Source of the DNA: an uncultured Clostridium sp.
GTDB taxonomy: Bacteria; Bacillota; Clostridia; TANB77; CAG-508
Length of the DNA stretch: 64,000 nt
Direction of reading: 5' to 3'
Assembly: GCA_947567695.1 (NCBI GenBank)
Contig: CANONT010000003.1
Coordinates: forward strand, 4,768 to 68,767
In this document: positions 10,594 through 20,815 of the stretch, one piece after another
Layout: every line of letters begins with the position of its first letter
How positions within the stretch are numbered: position 1 is the stretch's first letter
The notes under the pieces: model-generated
Seen by the model: the letters and a program-made list of their open reading frames with translations, nothing else
What the model was told of the DNA's origin: nothing
Databases searched by the model: none
Position numbers and translations under genes: made by a program

Positions 10594-12141
10594 ATGGTTT
10601 TAGAAACAGTCAATGAGAATCTATGTGTAAATAAATTAGTAGCTTCTAAAAAGGACATCATAATGGTAGAAGGAGATATGATCGTTCCCGATTCTAAGCC
10701 AGACATTTTAAACACAATTTGTACAAGTGGTGTTGTGTGTATCTATAAAAAGGACGTACTAGATGAAAAAGTCAGAATGGACGGAAACATCAACACTTAC
10801 ATCATGTATCTAGCAGATGGAACCGAAGATAAAGTAAGAGGAATCAATACCAGTTTAGATTTTTCGGAAGTAATTTCGGTTCCTAATGCACAAGAAGGAA
10901 TGGACTCTGTGATACAAACCAAACTAAAATCCATTGAATGTAAAGTCATCAATGGAAGAAAAATAGGAATCAAAGCAACTTTAGAAGTAGACATTAAGAT
11001 CTATGCCAAAGAAGAAGTAGAAATTATAAATAACATACCAAATGCAGAAGGTATACAAATGTTAAAAAAAGATTTATGTGTCAATTCTTTAGTAGGAATG
11101 GGCGAAAATAAAATTTATACCAAAGACAACATTTCCATTGATTCAATTGACAATCTAGCAGAAATATTAAAAACAGATATTGCTATTGTTGATAAAGATG
11201 TTAAAGTAAGTTACAACAAAATTTTAGCCAAAGCAGAAGCCCGAATCAAAATCATGTATTTAACAGAAGATAACAGAGTCAACTCCATGGATGCCAAAAT
11301 TCCAGTTGTTGGATTTGTGGATATTCCAAATGTAACAGAAGAAAATATTTGCGATTTAGACTATGAAATCAAAAATATGATTATCAAACCAAATGCACCA
11401 GAAGAGCATTCTATCTATATTGAATTAGAAATGGGTGTAGTTGCTATTGTATATGAGGAAAAACAAATCAATTTAATTCAGGATCTGTATAGTCCTTGCG
11501 AAAATTTAGAGTTTAATAAAAAGAAAATAACAACTATAACCAATAAGCAGACTCGTAAAGAAATGAAACAAATCAGAGAAAAAATAGAAGTTGACGGAAT
11601 GGAAAATAAAAATATTATTGATGTAGATGTCAATCCTGTTATTGAAAAACAGGATAATTTAGCCAATCGCATCGTATTCACTGGTACTTTAGAAATAAAC
11701 TTTATCCTATCTAACCAAGACTTACAAATGGAAGTACGAAATTCCAAAATACCATTTGAATATACTTTAGATGGTGTGGAAGATTCTGAAAATGTAAATT
11801 GTAAATTAGATATGGAAGTTGCTAATCAAGACTTTATTGTTCAAGACGGTGGCATGGTTTCCGCTAATGTCGATTTAGCCATGAATAGTGACATGGATCG
11901 AAATACCAATATGAATATTATGAATGAAATTCAAACCAATGGTGAAAGAGAAGCAGAAGATTATAGTCTAATTCTTTATCTTGTAAAAAAAGGAGATTCC
12001 TTATGGCAAATTGCCAAAAGATATGGAAGTACAGTGGATGACATTGTTAGAACCAATGGCATTGAAGATGAAAATAAAATTATTGCTGGTCAAAAATTAT
12101 TCATTCCTCGCTATGTAAAAACGGGAATTACTTATGCATAA
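10594..12141 (+). CDS. DUF3794 (SPOCS) plus C-terminal LysM protein, SipL-like spore-coat morphogenetic protein
   Basis: ATG at 10594 preceded by AAAGGAGG. It has repetitive DUF3794-like beta-rich modules and a C-terminal LysM domain (YLVKKGDSLWQIAKRYGSTVDDIVRTNGI...GQKLFIP). The ORF-track start at 10441 lies inside the veg terminator. Confidence 0.6.
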   Translation: MVLETVNENLCVNKLVASKKDIIMVEGDMIVPDSKPDILNTICTSGVVCIYKKDVLDEKVRMDGNINTYIMYLADGTEDKVRGINTSLDFSEVISVPNAQEGMDSVIQTKLKSIECKVINGRKIGIKATLEVDIKIYAKEEVEIINNIPNAEGIQMLKKDLCVNSLVGMGENKIYTKDNISIDSIDNLAEILKTDIAIVDKDVKVSYNKILAKAEARIKIMYLTEDNRVNSMDAKIPVVGFVDIPNVTEENICDLDYEIKNMIIKPNAPEEHSIYIELEMGVVAIVYEEKQINLIQDLYSPCENLEFNKKKITTITNKQTRKEMKQIREKIEVDGMENKNIIDVDVNPVIEKQDNLANRIVFTGTLEINFILSNQDLQMEVRNSKIPFEYTLDGVEDSENVNCKLDMEVANQDFIVQDGGMVSANVDLAMNSDMDRNTNMNIMNEIQTNGEREAEDYSLILYLVKKGDSLWQIAKRYGSTVDDIVRTNGIEDENKIIAGQKLFIPRYVKTGITYA

Positions 12142-12854
12142 GATATACTCCAGACCACGAATTAGACTCCCTAAAATAATCCTACAATCCAGAAAACGAA
12201 TGCAAAGCGAAAAGGCAAAAAAGATAACTACTTTTTTAATGATTTTAATCATAGCCTTTTCTACGGTAAAGCTTATATTAGACGCCGTATTGCCGATCTT
12301 TGATACTCTATGCCAAAATAGAGCAAAATCTATAGCAACCATGGTGTCTAATGAACAGGCAACCAATGTGATGAAACAACATACTTATGATGAACTATTT
12401 TCCATTGAAAAAGATAAAAATGGTAACATTACGATGATAAAGTCAAACGTAATACCTATTAATGAAATCATTTCCGATGTAGCTAATAAAATTCAAGAAC
12501 AAATTGATACAAAAGGAAGAGAAAATATACAAATTGCTTTAGGTAGTTTTACTGGTTTTAAAATGCTGGCAGGAAGAGGTCCTCGGTGTTAAAATAGCCA
12601 TATCGTCTGTTGGCGATGTTGAAACAGATTTAAAGAGCGAATTCACGGCACAAGGAATTAATCAAACCTTACATAGAGTGTATTTACAAGTACAGTGTCA
12701 TGTTAATATTTTAACACCTTTTGATAACATTTCACAAGATATTACCAATCAAGTTTTATTAATGGAAAATGTAATTGTTGGTAACATTCCTAATACTTAC
12801 TATAACTTAGAAGGTATGAATGGAAATAGTGATGCCCTAGAGATAATTGAATAA
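12134..12854 (+). CDS. yunB: Sporulation protein YunB; the frame is broken once, at in-frame CGG 12584..12586
   Basis: The N-terminal part is ORF 12134..12592. The +1 frame continues VKIAISSVGDVETDLKSEFTAQGINQTLHRVYLQV..., the conserved YunB core. Confidence 0.75.
12584..12586 (+). other. Frame-break site 2 (yunB): GGT CCT CGG T-GTT; resumes at GGT in the +1 frame
   Basis: Two-frame translation across the site. Confidence 0.8.
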
Positions 12855-13013
12855 ATTTCCAATTTTTACTTGTATTTTTCAACTAATTATGATATAGTTA
12901 GTAAGGTTTCAAATAAGAAACTTATATGAATTTATTTTAGATTATTTCCCTTCTCTTTAGATTGGTTAAGTAAAAAAATAATTCAAATCCATTCTAAAAA
13001 GGAGGTTTATACA

Positions 13014-13184
13014 ATGGAAACAACTTATGAAGATATCACTCTTACTTGTAAAGATTGTGGTGCAGAATTTGCTTTTACAGCTGGTGAACAACAATTTTAT
13101 GCTGAAAAAGGTTTTGAAAATCAACCAGTAAGATGCCCAGATTGTAGAAGAGCTAGAAAACAACAAAGAAACAACAATTATTAA
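13014..13184 (+). CDS. Small zinc-ribbon protein (56 aa), not in the ORF track
   Basis: AAAAAGGAGG RBS 5 nt upstream. Sequence METTYEDITLTCKDCGAEFAFTAGEQQFYAEKGFENQPVRCPDCRRARK has two CxxC pairs, and a terminator follows. Confidence 0.6.
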   Translation: METTYEDITLTCKDCGAEFAFTAGEQQFYAEKGFENQPVRCPDCRRARKQQRNNNY

Positions 13185-13192
13185 TTTACAGG

Positions 13193-13219
13193 AAACTCCT
13201 ATAAAATTAGGAGTTTTTT
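13193..13219 (+). terminator. Rho-independent terminator
   Basis: AAACTCCT / AGGAGTTT stem followed by TTTTT. Confidence 0.7.
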
Positions 13220-13333
13220 CATTATAAACATATTGGTAACCATATTTTGTGGTTCCTTATTTTCTATAATTGTTATAATATATAAAAACAGTAATGTCAA
13301 ATATTTATAAATGTAAATGAGAGAGATAATTAG

Positions 13334-13882
13334 ATGAATGATATAAAGTTAGAAACAGAAAGATTGATTTTAAGAAGTTGGAATAAAAGTGATAGATATG
13401 ATTTAATGGAAGGACTAAATGATATTGAAGTAACTAAATGGAAAGGTTATGATAATTGCCCATATACATTAGAAGATGCAGATAAAGAAATAGATTCTAT
13501 ATTGAAAAAATATGAAAATAAAAATTATTATAATTGGGCAATAGTACTTAAAGACGAAAATAAAGTAATAGGTCGTGTTGGTTTATATGATATATATGAT
13601 GATGTAGCACATGGTGGGGGAATATGGATTAATAGAAAATACTGGAATAAGGGATATGCTACAGAAGCAATGAAGGCAAGAACAAAATTTGCATTTGAAG
13701 TACTTAATTTGAGAAAAATTGAAAATAGTTTTTTTGAGGGAAATGAAGCTTCTTGGAAATTACAAGAAAAATTGGGATATAAAATAGAAGGATTAAAAAG
13801 ACAAGCTATTCGTTGTAGAGCAGATGGAATAATAAAAAATGAATGTATAACAGGTTTATTAAAAGAAGAATGGAAGAAGTAA
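13334..13882 (+). CDS. GNAT family N-acetyltransferase (RimJ/RimL-like)
   Basis: 182 aa starting TERLILRSW, with a WNKGYATEA acetyl-CoA binding region. Confidence 0.8.
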   Translation: MNDIKLETERLILRSWNKSDRYDLMEGLNDIEVTKWKGYDNCPYTLEDADKEIDSILKKYENKNYYNWAIVLKDENKVIGRVGLYDIYDDVAHGGGIWINRKYWNKGYATEAMKARTKFAFEVLNLRKIENSFFEGNEASWKLQEKLGYKIEGLKRQAIRCRADGIIKNECITGLLKEEWKK

Positions 13883-14036
13883 TATTATTAAGAATTGTGT
13901 GTATATTAAGCAATGACTTTTGACCGCTTTTATCAGCTTTTAATGACTTTTATAAAAATAAAAGAAAAGCAGTAATCTAAATAAATTACCGCTTTGCATA
14001 TAGGTCTTTGACCTCCAACCCACCCAAGGCTTGTTT

Positions 14037-14438
14037 TTATCTTTTTGAAAATTGTGGAGCTTTACGAGCTTTTTTAAGACCATATTTCTTTCTTTCCTTC
14101 ATACGAGGATCTCTTGTCAAGAAACCACTTGACTTTAGAGATGGTCTATATTCTGAATTAGCTTCATTCAAAGCTCTAGCAATACCATGACGAATGGCAC
14201 CTGCTTGACCTGTAAATCCGCCACCTTTAACAGTTGCAATCACATCATATTTTGCTGTTGTATTTGTAACAGTTAATGGTTGTCTAACGATAACTTTTAA
14301 AGTTTCTAATCCGAAAAATTCGTCAATATCTTTTCCATTGATTGTTATTTTTCCAGTTCCTTCAACTAGTCTTACTCTAGCAATAGAACTTTTTCTTCTA
14401 CCTGTACCATAGAAAACTATATTTTCTTTTTTTGCCAT
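14037..14438 (-). CDS. rpsI: 30S ribosomal protein S9
   Basis: [14 protein letters not shown] ... [29 protein letters not shown]-type C-terminus. Confidence 0.95.
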   Translation of the reverse strand: MAKKENIVFYGTGRRKSSIARVRLVEGTGKITINGKDIDEFFGLETLKVIVRQPLTVTNTTAKYDVIATVKGGGFTGQAGAIRHGIARALNEANSEYRPSLKSSGFLTRDPRMKERKKYGLKKARKAPQFSKR

Positions 14439-14439
14439 T

Positions 14440-14877
14440 TTACTTTACCTCCCATACTTCTGGTTTTTGTGCTTGATTTTCATGTTCTGCTCCAGTATAC
14501 ACTCTCAACTTTTTAGCTTGGGATCTTCCTAAAGAATTATGAGGTAGCATTCCTTTGACAGCTAAAGTCATTGCTTTCTCTGGATTTTTTTCAAGCATTA
14601 CTTTGGCAGGAACTTCTTTCATTCCTCCAATATAACCTGAGTGATGTCTATAAATTTTTTGATTTAATTTGTTTCCTGTTAAAATAACATCTTTACAATT
14701 TAATATAATAACATGGTCACCTGTATCAATATTAGGTGTATATGTTGGTTTGTGTTTTCCTCTTAATAATTTAGCTGCTTCTGTTGCTACTCTACCAAGT
14801 GGTTTGTTTGCCGCATCAATGATATACCATTTGCTTTCAACTTCACCACGTTTAGCACTATATGTAGTATTATTCAT
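14440..14877 (-). CDS. rplM: 50S ribosomal protein L13
   Basis: [34 protein letters not shown] is the canonical L13 sequence. Confidence 0.95.
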   Translation of the reverse strand: MNNTTYSAKRGEVESKWYIIDAANKPLGRVATEAAKLLRGKHKPTYTPNIDTGDHVIILNCKDVILTGNKLNQKIYRHHSGYIGGMKEVPAKVMLEKNPEKAMTLAVKGMLPHNSLGRSQAKKLRVYTGAEHENQAQKPEVWEVK

Positions 14878-15036
14878 GGTAATAATTACCCTCCTATTTC
14901 TTTTTTGGTTTTTTTTTATGAATTTTTTCTAAAACTACCGGGGAGAAGTTTTAGATTTATTCATAAGCGAAAATATTATATTATAAAAAAGTACATTTGT
15001 CAACCAATTTACGAAAAAAACTGCAATGTACATAAT

Positions 15037-15072
15037 GCAAAAGAGAGAATGTTTTTAATTTCATTCTCTCCT
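15037..15072 (-). terminator. Rho-independent terminator directly after the adhesin gene
   Basis: On the minus strand, GAGAGAATG / CATTCTCTC stem followed by TTTTGC. Confidence 0.65.
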
Positions 15073-15077
15073 GTATT

Positions 15078-16364
15078 TTACATACCAGTAACTGGTAACT
15101 TTTTCACAGTAGAAGAAATTACCTCTTTACTTTTCTCTGTTTTATCAATTTCTATTTTGGGTTTTTCTTCTGGATTATTATTCACAGTTACTTTATATTG
15201 TTGATGTAAATTAACTTGTACTTCAACTAATTCTGGATAAGCCTCATATCCTTCTTTTGCTCTAGTCTCTTTTAAATAATATTTTCCAGGAATCAAGTGA
15301 TTAATTTCAATTTTCCCTTCTTTATTGGTTTTCAAATTAGAATATGCCACATTCTTATTTTTATCCAATAATTGAAACTCTACTCCTTCTAATTTCTGTT
15401 TTGTTTTTTCATCTTGTTTCATAATAATTATTTTGGTCTCATTTTCTGGATAACTATCACTTTTTTCTCCTTTACCATCTTCATATGTCATAGCTGTCAA
15501 GGCATAATCTTGTTTACTACTATTAGGAGCTGCTCCATATAAAACAGGTTTTGTTTGAACTTGACTTTCTACTGTTAACTTAAAAGAACCTTTTTCTGTC
15601 ATATTTTTAATAGGGATTAATACCTTAAATTTTTCATTTGGAGCAAATTCATTCTTTTCTGCATTTTTCGTATTGGTCACTTTAATACCCCCAATATCTT
15701 TTGCATTTTCTTTTGTAATCTTTATTTTGTAATTTTTTATATTAGCCCCTGCTGATACAGAAAATGTTTTAGAAGCATATTCAGGACTTAAGGAATCTTG
15801 TTTCCACTCCTTGTCCTCTTTTTTGATTTCGATGGTACTAGATATTTTTGTTTCCTTAGAATTATTAGCATTATTAACAATCTTATGCATAGCATTCAAG
15901 GTTCTTTTTCCCGCTTCTCCTATTCCCTCGTAATCATTTAAATTATTTTTGTGGATATAACAATAAACAGCTTGTTTCGTTGCCAAAAAAGCTTCTTCTT
16001 TATTGGCGACCCCTAATTCTTGAATTGACTTGTAGGGATATCCATTGATAATGACTCTCCACAATCCTACATCTGTAATAGCTTCTTTCACAGAAACATT
16101 ATAAGCTCCCTCTTGTGCTCCCACCTTTGTTTTGTCTAAACAATAAGCTGGATAATTAACACCATTATAAGTATATTGTACGTAACCTGCCTCTACTAAC
16201 ACACCTTTATATTTTAATAATTGACCACAGTCACCTGCTGAATACATATGAGCAGAATTAATATAGGAGGTGGCACACACTGAATTCATAAACCCTAAAC
16301 CATTCATAAAAAGGATTGCTAGTATGAACAGTAATTTCTTTATTTTGCTTTTCTTTTTTCTCAA
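15078..16364 (-). CDS. Surface adhesin with a thioester (TQxA-type) domain and a CnaB/SpaA-type domain; LPVTG lies one residue from the C-terminus
   Basis: TTG start and signal peptide MRKKKSKIKKLLFILAILF. Candidate thioester pair is PAYCLDK Cys plus ATKQAVYCY Gln. CnaB-like segment: GVEFQLLDKNKNV...GKYYLKETRAKEGYE. The protein ends KKLPVTGM-stop. Confidence 0.65.
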   Translation of the reverse strand: MRKKKSKIKKLLFILAILFMNGLGFMNSVCATSYINSAHMYSAGDCGQLLKYKGVLVEAGYVQYTYNGVNYPAYCLDKTKVGAQEGAYNVSVKEAITDVGLWRVIINGYPYKSIQELGVANKEEAFLATKQAVYCYIHKNNLNDYEGIGEAGKRTLNAMHKIVNNANNSKETKISSTIEIKKEDKEWKQDSLSPEYASKTFSVSAGANIKNYKIKITKENAKDIGGIKVTNTKNAEKNEFAPNEKFKVLIPIKNMTEKGSFKLTVESQVQTKPVLYGAAPNSSKQDYALTAMTYEDGKGEKSDSYPENETKIIIMKQDEKTKQKLEGVEFQLLDKNKNVAYSNLKTNKEGKIEINHLIPGKYYLKETRAKEGYEAYPELVEVQVNLHQQYKVTVNNNPEEKPKIEIDKTEKSKEVISSTVKKLPVTGM

Positions 16365-16388
16365 ATTATTCTTCTTCCTTTCCTTTTA

Positions 16389-16964
16389 TTATTTATTTTC
16401 AATCGCTTTGATACGTCTTCTGTAATTTTCCTCATTTTCTACACAAGTAATTAATGTAATTGTATTCTCTTCTGTATCTTCTAAGCATGATAAATCTGTA
16501 TCTTGTATAATATCATTCTTTTCTACTAAATATTCTCTACAAGAACCTTTATAACAATATATAATTTTATCACCTTTTTTTAACTTTTTGGCTTCTGCAA
16601 AATAATTGTTTTCATATCCTCTATTATGAGCTGCTAGACAAACATTTCCTATCCAATGCCCGCTTTCTTCAAAATGACCAATAAACTTGTCTAACACTTC
16701 TTTTGTAGTTCCTTCTGCAATGTTAGCTTTTAATTTTATCGTAGGGATTTCAAGATACCAATCCTTCTTTTTTGTATCTACTTGTAAATTTGATTTAATA
16801 TTTTCAACGTTGTTCTGACTGTTAGAATTAACTGTGAAACCTGTTCTTAAAACAGCATTTTGAGATTGAAAATCAAAATGAGAACTAAATATATTTAGAA
16901 TAAAAAATAATATCGTTGAAATAATTATACTTAAAATATTTATATACCATGTACTATAAACGAT
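16389..16964 (-). CDS. Sortase (class C/D-like); start codon uncertain
   Basis: NVCLAAHN, TLITC catalytic Cys and a conserved C-terminal Arg. The in-frame upstream sequence encodes a TM anchor (YINILSIIISTILFFILNIF), but there is no ATG/GTG/TTG between stop 16992-16994 and GTG 16697. Confidence 0.65.
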   Translation of the reverse strand: MVYSTWYINILSIIISTILFFILNIFSSHFDFQSQNAVLRTGFTVNSNSQNNVENIKSNLQVDTKKKDWYLEIPTIKLKANIAEGTTKEVLDKFIGHFEESGHWIGNVCLAAHNRGYENNYFAEAKKLKKGDKIIYCYKGSCREYLVEKNDIIQDTDLSCLEDTEENTITLITCVENEENYRRRIKAIENK

Positions 16965-17219
16965 CTTATCACGCTCCTTCTTCTTTTCATTTTACTACTT
17001 TTTTGAAAAATTAAGAAACAATTTTTTCGAAAAAATTTTGTGAAATAATTTTGTGAATTTAAAGTTAACTTTCTTATATCATAATACATTTTTTTTACTT
17101 TGTAAAGCTTTTTTCATCGCAAAATTCGACATTATATACCTATTTGCTACCCTTCATAGCTACCTAAAATTAAAAGATCCTCTATGAAGGGTAACTTATC
17201 ACCACTTTATTTTTATGCC

Positions 17220-18719
17220 TTACATTTTCACATCCAATTCCAAATAAAATTCCACCCCGTTCTCTTTATTAATCACACCATAACTATTCCCATAATTTCC
17301 CATAATAGCCTTAACAAAAGACAAACCAATACCAGTTCCTCCTTTCTCCCTATTTCTGGATTCATCCACTTTATAAAATCGATTCCAAATTCTTGCTATA
17401 TTTTCTTCTTCTATTGGATCACCTGTATTAAAAACCTTGACCCTAACCTTACTTTTCTCTATATCTACTACATTCTCTATTTGAATATAGGTTTCGCCCT
17501 CAACCTCTTTCGTATGTTTAATTGCATTGGTTAAATAATTACTAATTACTTGTTCTATGTAAAAATCATCTGCAAACACATTGATTTCTTCTGAAGTCTT
17601 AAATTTAATTTCGGCTTGTTTTTCCTCTAACATAACTTGTGACTTTCGGATTACTTCTTTTTCTAGCTCTACAATATTAAATTCTTTATCTTCAAATTCT
17701 CTTTTGCCATATTCCAATTTCATTAATTCTAGTAATTGTTTTACCAATCGATCCATTTTATTGGTTTCGTCTAAAATAACTTCTGCATAAAACTTTCTAC
17801 TTTCTTCATCTGTATTTACATTTTCTAATAGACCTTCGCTATACCCTTGTATTAAAGCAATTGGTGTTTTCAATTCATGAGACACATCCGATATAAAGCT
17901 TTTTCTCATCTCATCAATTTGTGACTTTTCCTCGATATCTTTTTCTAATTCAATATTGGTATTTCTTAATTGTTTAATCGTTCTTTCTAGCTTATCAGAC
18001 ATAGCGTTGATACTTTTACCTAAATGATTGATTTCATCTTCTGCATCTGTAATCTTATATTTATGACTAAAATCCAAATTTGACATTTTTTTAGCAATAT
18101 CATTTAATTCTGATATCGGATCGCCAAATTTCCTAGATACATAAGATACAATAACAGCAGCAATTAAAATAGCAAACCCTGCCATTAAATATAAAAAATT
18201 ATTTGAAATTTTTACACTTTCTTGAATGGAAGTAATTGGTATTCTAATGTACAATAAATAACCATTATCTAACATGGCAGATAACAAAATATAAGTAATA
18301 CCATTTTTATGATCCAGAATCTTTTTAATGGTAACCTCATCATTCTCCTCTATTACTTCTCCCAAATTAGCATTCAATTTATTCGTCATTTCACTCATTT
18401 GACCAAAAGCAGAAAAGAAGTCTTTATTAGAAGTATATACATTTACATTTTGGTCATTTTTAATTAAAATGTCAAAATTATTGTTAATAGCTATCTTCTC
18501 TAATTGACTTTCTAAATCCCCCATTTCTGCATTATTATAGTAATAATTTACTACTTCATAGACAGATTTTAAAGCTCTCGTTTTGCTGTATAAATAAAAT
18601 TGACCAAAAACAAAATTATTGACCAATATAAGAAATAGTATAATTAATAAAATAACAAACGATAATGTCATAAAAAGTCTTACTCTAACTGATTTTAGTG
18701 CATTCTTAAATTTCTTCAT
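17220..18719 (-). CDS. Sensor histidine kinase (HAMP-HisKA-HATPase)
   Basis: H-box FISDVSHELKTPIA, N-box and G-box (GGTGIGLSF), and two TM segments. Confidence 0.85.
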   Translation of the reverse strand: MKKFKNALKSVRVRLFMTLSFVILLIILFLILVNNFVFGQFYLYSKTRALKSVYEVVNYYYNNAEMGDLESQLEKIAINNNFDILIKNDQNVNVYTSNKDFFSAFGQMSEMTNKLNANLGEVIEENDEVTIKKILDHKNGITYILLSAMLDNGYLLYIRIPITSIQESVKISNNFLYLMAGFAILIAAVIVSYVSRKFGDPISELNDIAKKMSNLDFSHKYKITDAEDEINHLGKSINAMSDKLERTIKQLRNTNIELEKDIEEKSQIDEMRKSFISDVSHELKTPIALIQGYSEGLLENVNTDEESRKFYAEVILDETNKMDRLVKQLLELMKLEYGKREFEDKEFNIVELEKEVIRKSQVMLEEKQAEIKFKTSEEINVFADDFYIEQVISNYLTNAIKHTKEVEGETYIQIENVVDIEKSKVRVKVFNTGDPIEEENIARIWNRFYKVDESRNREKGGTGIGLSFVKAIMGNYGNSYGVINKENGVEFYLELDVKM

Positions 18720-18758
18720 TTTGGTTTCCTTTCTATTGTTACTATAAAATCTTATCTA

Positions 18759-19436
18759 TTATTTCACTTCAAATTTATATCCTACACCTCTCATGGTTTT
18801 GATGTATTTTCCCTTTTTTCCCAACTTATGTCTAATTTTTTTGATGTGACTATCAATGGTTCTGGAATCTCCATAATAATCATAATTCCATACATTATTT
18901 AAAATTTTGTCCCTAGATAAAGCAATATTCTCATTTTCTATTAAATAAACTAAAAGCTCATATTCTCTTAAACTAAGTTCGATGGCTTTTCCATCCACCC
19001 TTACTGTTCTACCTTCTTGATCAATTTCGATACCAGCATAATCTTTTACTTCTGCTATATCTTTATTGGTTCTTTTTAAAATTGCCTCCACTCTTGCCAC
19101 CAATATTTTAGGACTAAAAGGTTTTGAAATATATTCATCTACTCCTAACTCAAAACCAAACAACTCATCTTGTTCTTCTCCTCTTGCTGTCAACATAATA
19201 ATAGGCACTCTGGATTCTTGTCTAATTTGACGAAGTACAGACCAGCCGTCTAATTTTGGCATCATAACATCTAAAAGAATCAGTGAAATTTTATTTTTGT
19301 TTTCTTCAAATACTTCCAAAGCCTGCTCGCCATCTTCTGCTTCTAAAATACTATATCCTTTTGCCTTTAAAAAATCCTTCAGCAATTTTCTAATTCTTGT
19401 TTCATCATCTACTATTAAAATACAATTATTGGGCAT
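18759..19436 (-). CDS. OmpR-family response regulator
   Basis: Receiver domain (ILLDVMMPKLDG) plus winged-helix C-terminus (IKTMRGVGYKF). Confidence 0.9.
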   Translation of the reverse strand: MPNNCILIVDDETRIRKLLKDFLKAKGYSILEAEDGEQALEVFEENKNKISLILLDVMMPKLDGWSVLRQIRQESRVPIIMLTARGEEQDELFGFELGVDEYISKPFSPKILVARVEAILKRTNKDIAEVKDYAGIEIDQEGRTVRVDGKAIELSLREYELLVYLIENENIALSRDKILNNVWNYDYYGDSRTIDSHIKKIRHKLGKKGKYIKTMRGVGYKFEVK

Positions 19437-19583
19437 TTTGTTCCTTCCTTTCTCTTTTTTTATTTCATTATTGTTATTATTATAAAAAAAAATTGTGTCT
19501 ATTTTGTGAAAATCCTTTTACTTTTAGCTATTTTATGCTATGTTTGTCTCATGATTTAGCAATGGGCATATGGTACGCAAGTA

Positions 19584-20663
19584 TCATATGCCCATTTTCT
19601 CATTTTTCACATAAACTGTTTTCGTATCATAAGCCAAACCTATCTTTTCTTCTTGTAAAATCTTCATAATCTTGTAATTAATATCTTCTTTTTCTGCCAA
19701 ATAGCTATTGTAATCTACTGAATGCGTATAACTACAAATCAATACATTTAATCCATTATCTGTAATATTATCAAATTTAACCACAATAGAATCATCATAA
19801 ATAGCTTCTCTTGTCTGTAACATATCTTCTACTCTCTGTTTAAATTTTTCTAGTTTTTCCAATGGCGTATCTAATTCAATACATAAATTAGTACGATATC
19901 TTCTTTTCTCCATTTTACTCCAATTAATAATAGAAGCATTTGAAATAATAGCATTTGGTATATTGACTAAAGAATTTTCAAAGGTTCTTACTCTCGTACT
20001 TCTAAAAGTAATATCTTCTACTGTTCCTTCAAACTTATCAACTTGAATCCAATCACCCACTACAAAGGGCTTATCTAAAAAAACAACCAATCCAGCAAAT
20101 AAATTTTTCGCTGTATCTTGTGCGGCAAGAGTTAAAATAACTCCTCCAATTCCTAGCCCTGCCACTAATCCATTCAAATTAATTCCTAACGCAGTTATCA
20201 CAATAAATCCAGCTATGATATAAATAAGAACACGAATCAATTTTAGAATAAAATCGAACATAGAATCTTCTACATTTTTACTTGTTTTTTCTTTAATCTT
20301 TTCATATAAAGAGGATTTAGGAGTAAAACTTGTAGCTAGTCCCTTTGCAAATGCAATTGTGCTAATAATGATAAATGCCTTATAAGCAACAAACATAATA
20401 TCATCTGTTAGGTTTAATGGTGCTTTTAAAAATACAATTCCTAAATAAAATCCTAATATGACAAAAAATATTTTTAGCGGATTATAAAAAGCACTTTCTC
20501 GTATTCTTTTTGATTTATTTTCTTTTATCTTAAACATCCTAATAATGATATATGAAAAGCTACTGCTGAAAATTCTAAAAAATAAAATAATTCCAATGGC
20601 TATTAATATATCAATAGCTTGCACCGTTGTAATAGTTTCTATAAATATTGTAATTTGTTCCAT
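19584..20663 (-). CDS. Mechanosensitive ion channel, MscS family
   Basis: TM3-beta domain signature GGVILTLAAQDTAKNLFAGLVVFLDKPFVVGDWI. Confidence 0.85.
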   Translation of the reverse strand: MEQITIFIETITTVQAIDILIAIGIILFFRIFSSSFSYIIIRMFKIKENKSKRIRESAFYNPLKIFFVILGFYLGIVFLKAPLNLTDDIMFVAYKAFIIISTIAFAKGLATSFTPKSSLYEKIKEKTSKNVEDSMFDFILKLIRVLIYIIAGFIVITALGINLNGLVAGLGIGGVILTLAAQDTAKNLFAGLVVFLDKPFVVGDWIQVDKFEGTVEDITFRSTRVRTFENSLVNIPNAIISNASIINWSKMEKRRYRTNLCIELDTPLEKLEKFKQRVEDMLQTREAIYDDSIVVKFDNITDNGLNVLICSYTHSVDYNSYLAEKEDINYKIMKILQEEKIGLAYDTKTVYVKNEKMGI

Positions 20664-20696
20664 TTTTATTCTCCATTATTTTTTTATTGTAAATTG

Positions 20697-20811
20697 GAAA
20701 AAGAATTGTTATTTGACTAGGCACACAAGTTTTCAATTTACGAGGCGTACGATGGTACGTCGACTAAATTGAAAACGAAGTGTAACAACGTCAAATGATA
20801 ATTATTTTTTC
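20697..20811. repeat. Foldback repeat family B, copy 1 (between mscS and the sigA 3' end)
   Basis: Terminal inverted repeats GAAAAAGAATTGTTATTTGAC / GTCAAATGATAATTATTTTTTC with nested inner hairpins. The ends match copy 2. Confidence 0.6.
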
Positions 20812-20815
20812 AATT

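Noticed and set aside
14878-15036. L13 ribosomal-protein leader upstream of rplM
   Set aside because: This is plausible from position alone, but I could not verify the conserved structure from sequence by eye, so it is not reported as a feature.
15037-15077. Hidden TM tail for the LPVTG adhesin in another frame or after readthrough
   Set aside because: All three frames downstream were translated. None gives a hydrophobic segment followed by a basic tail, and the region forms a terminator hairpin.
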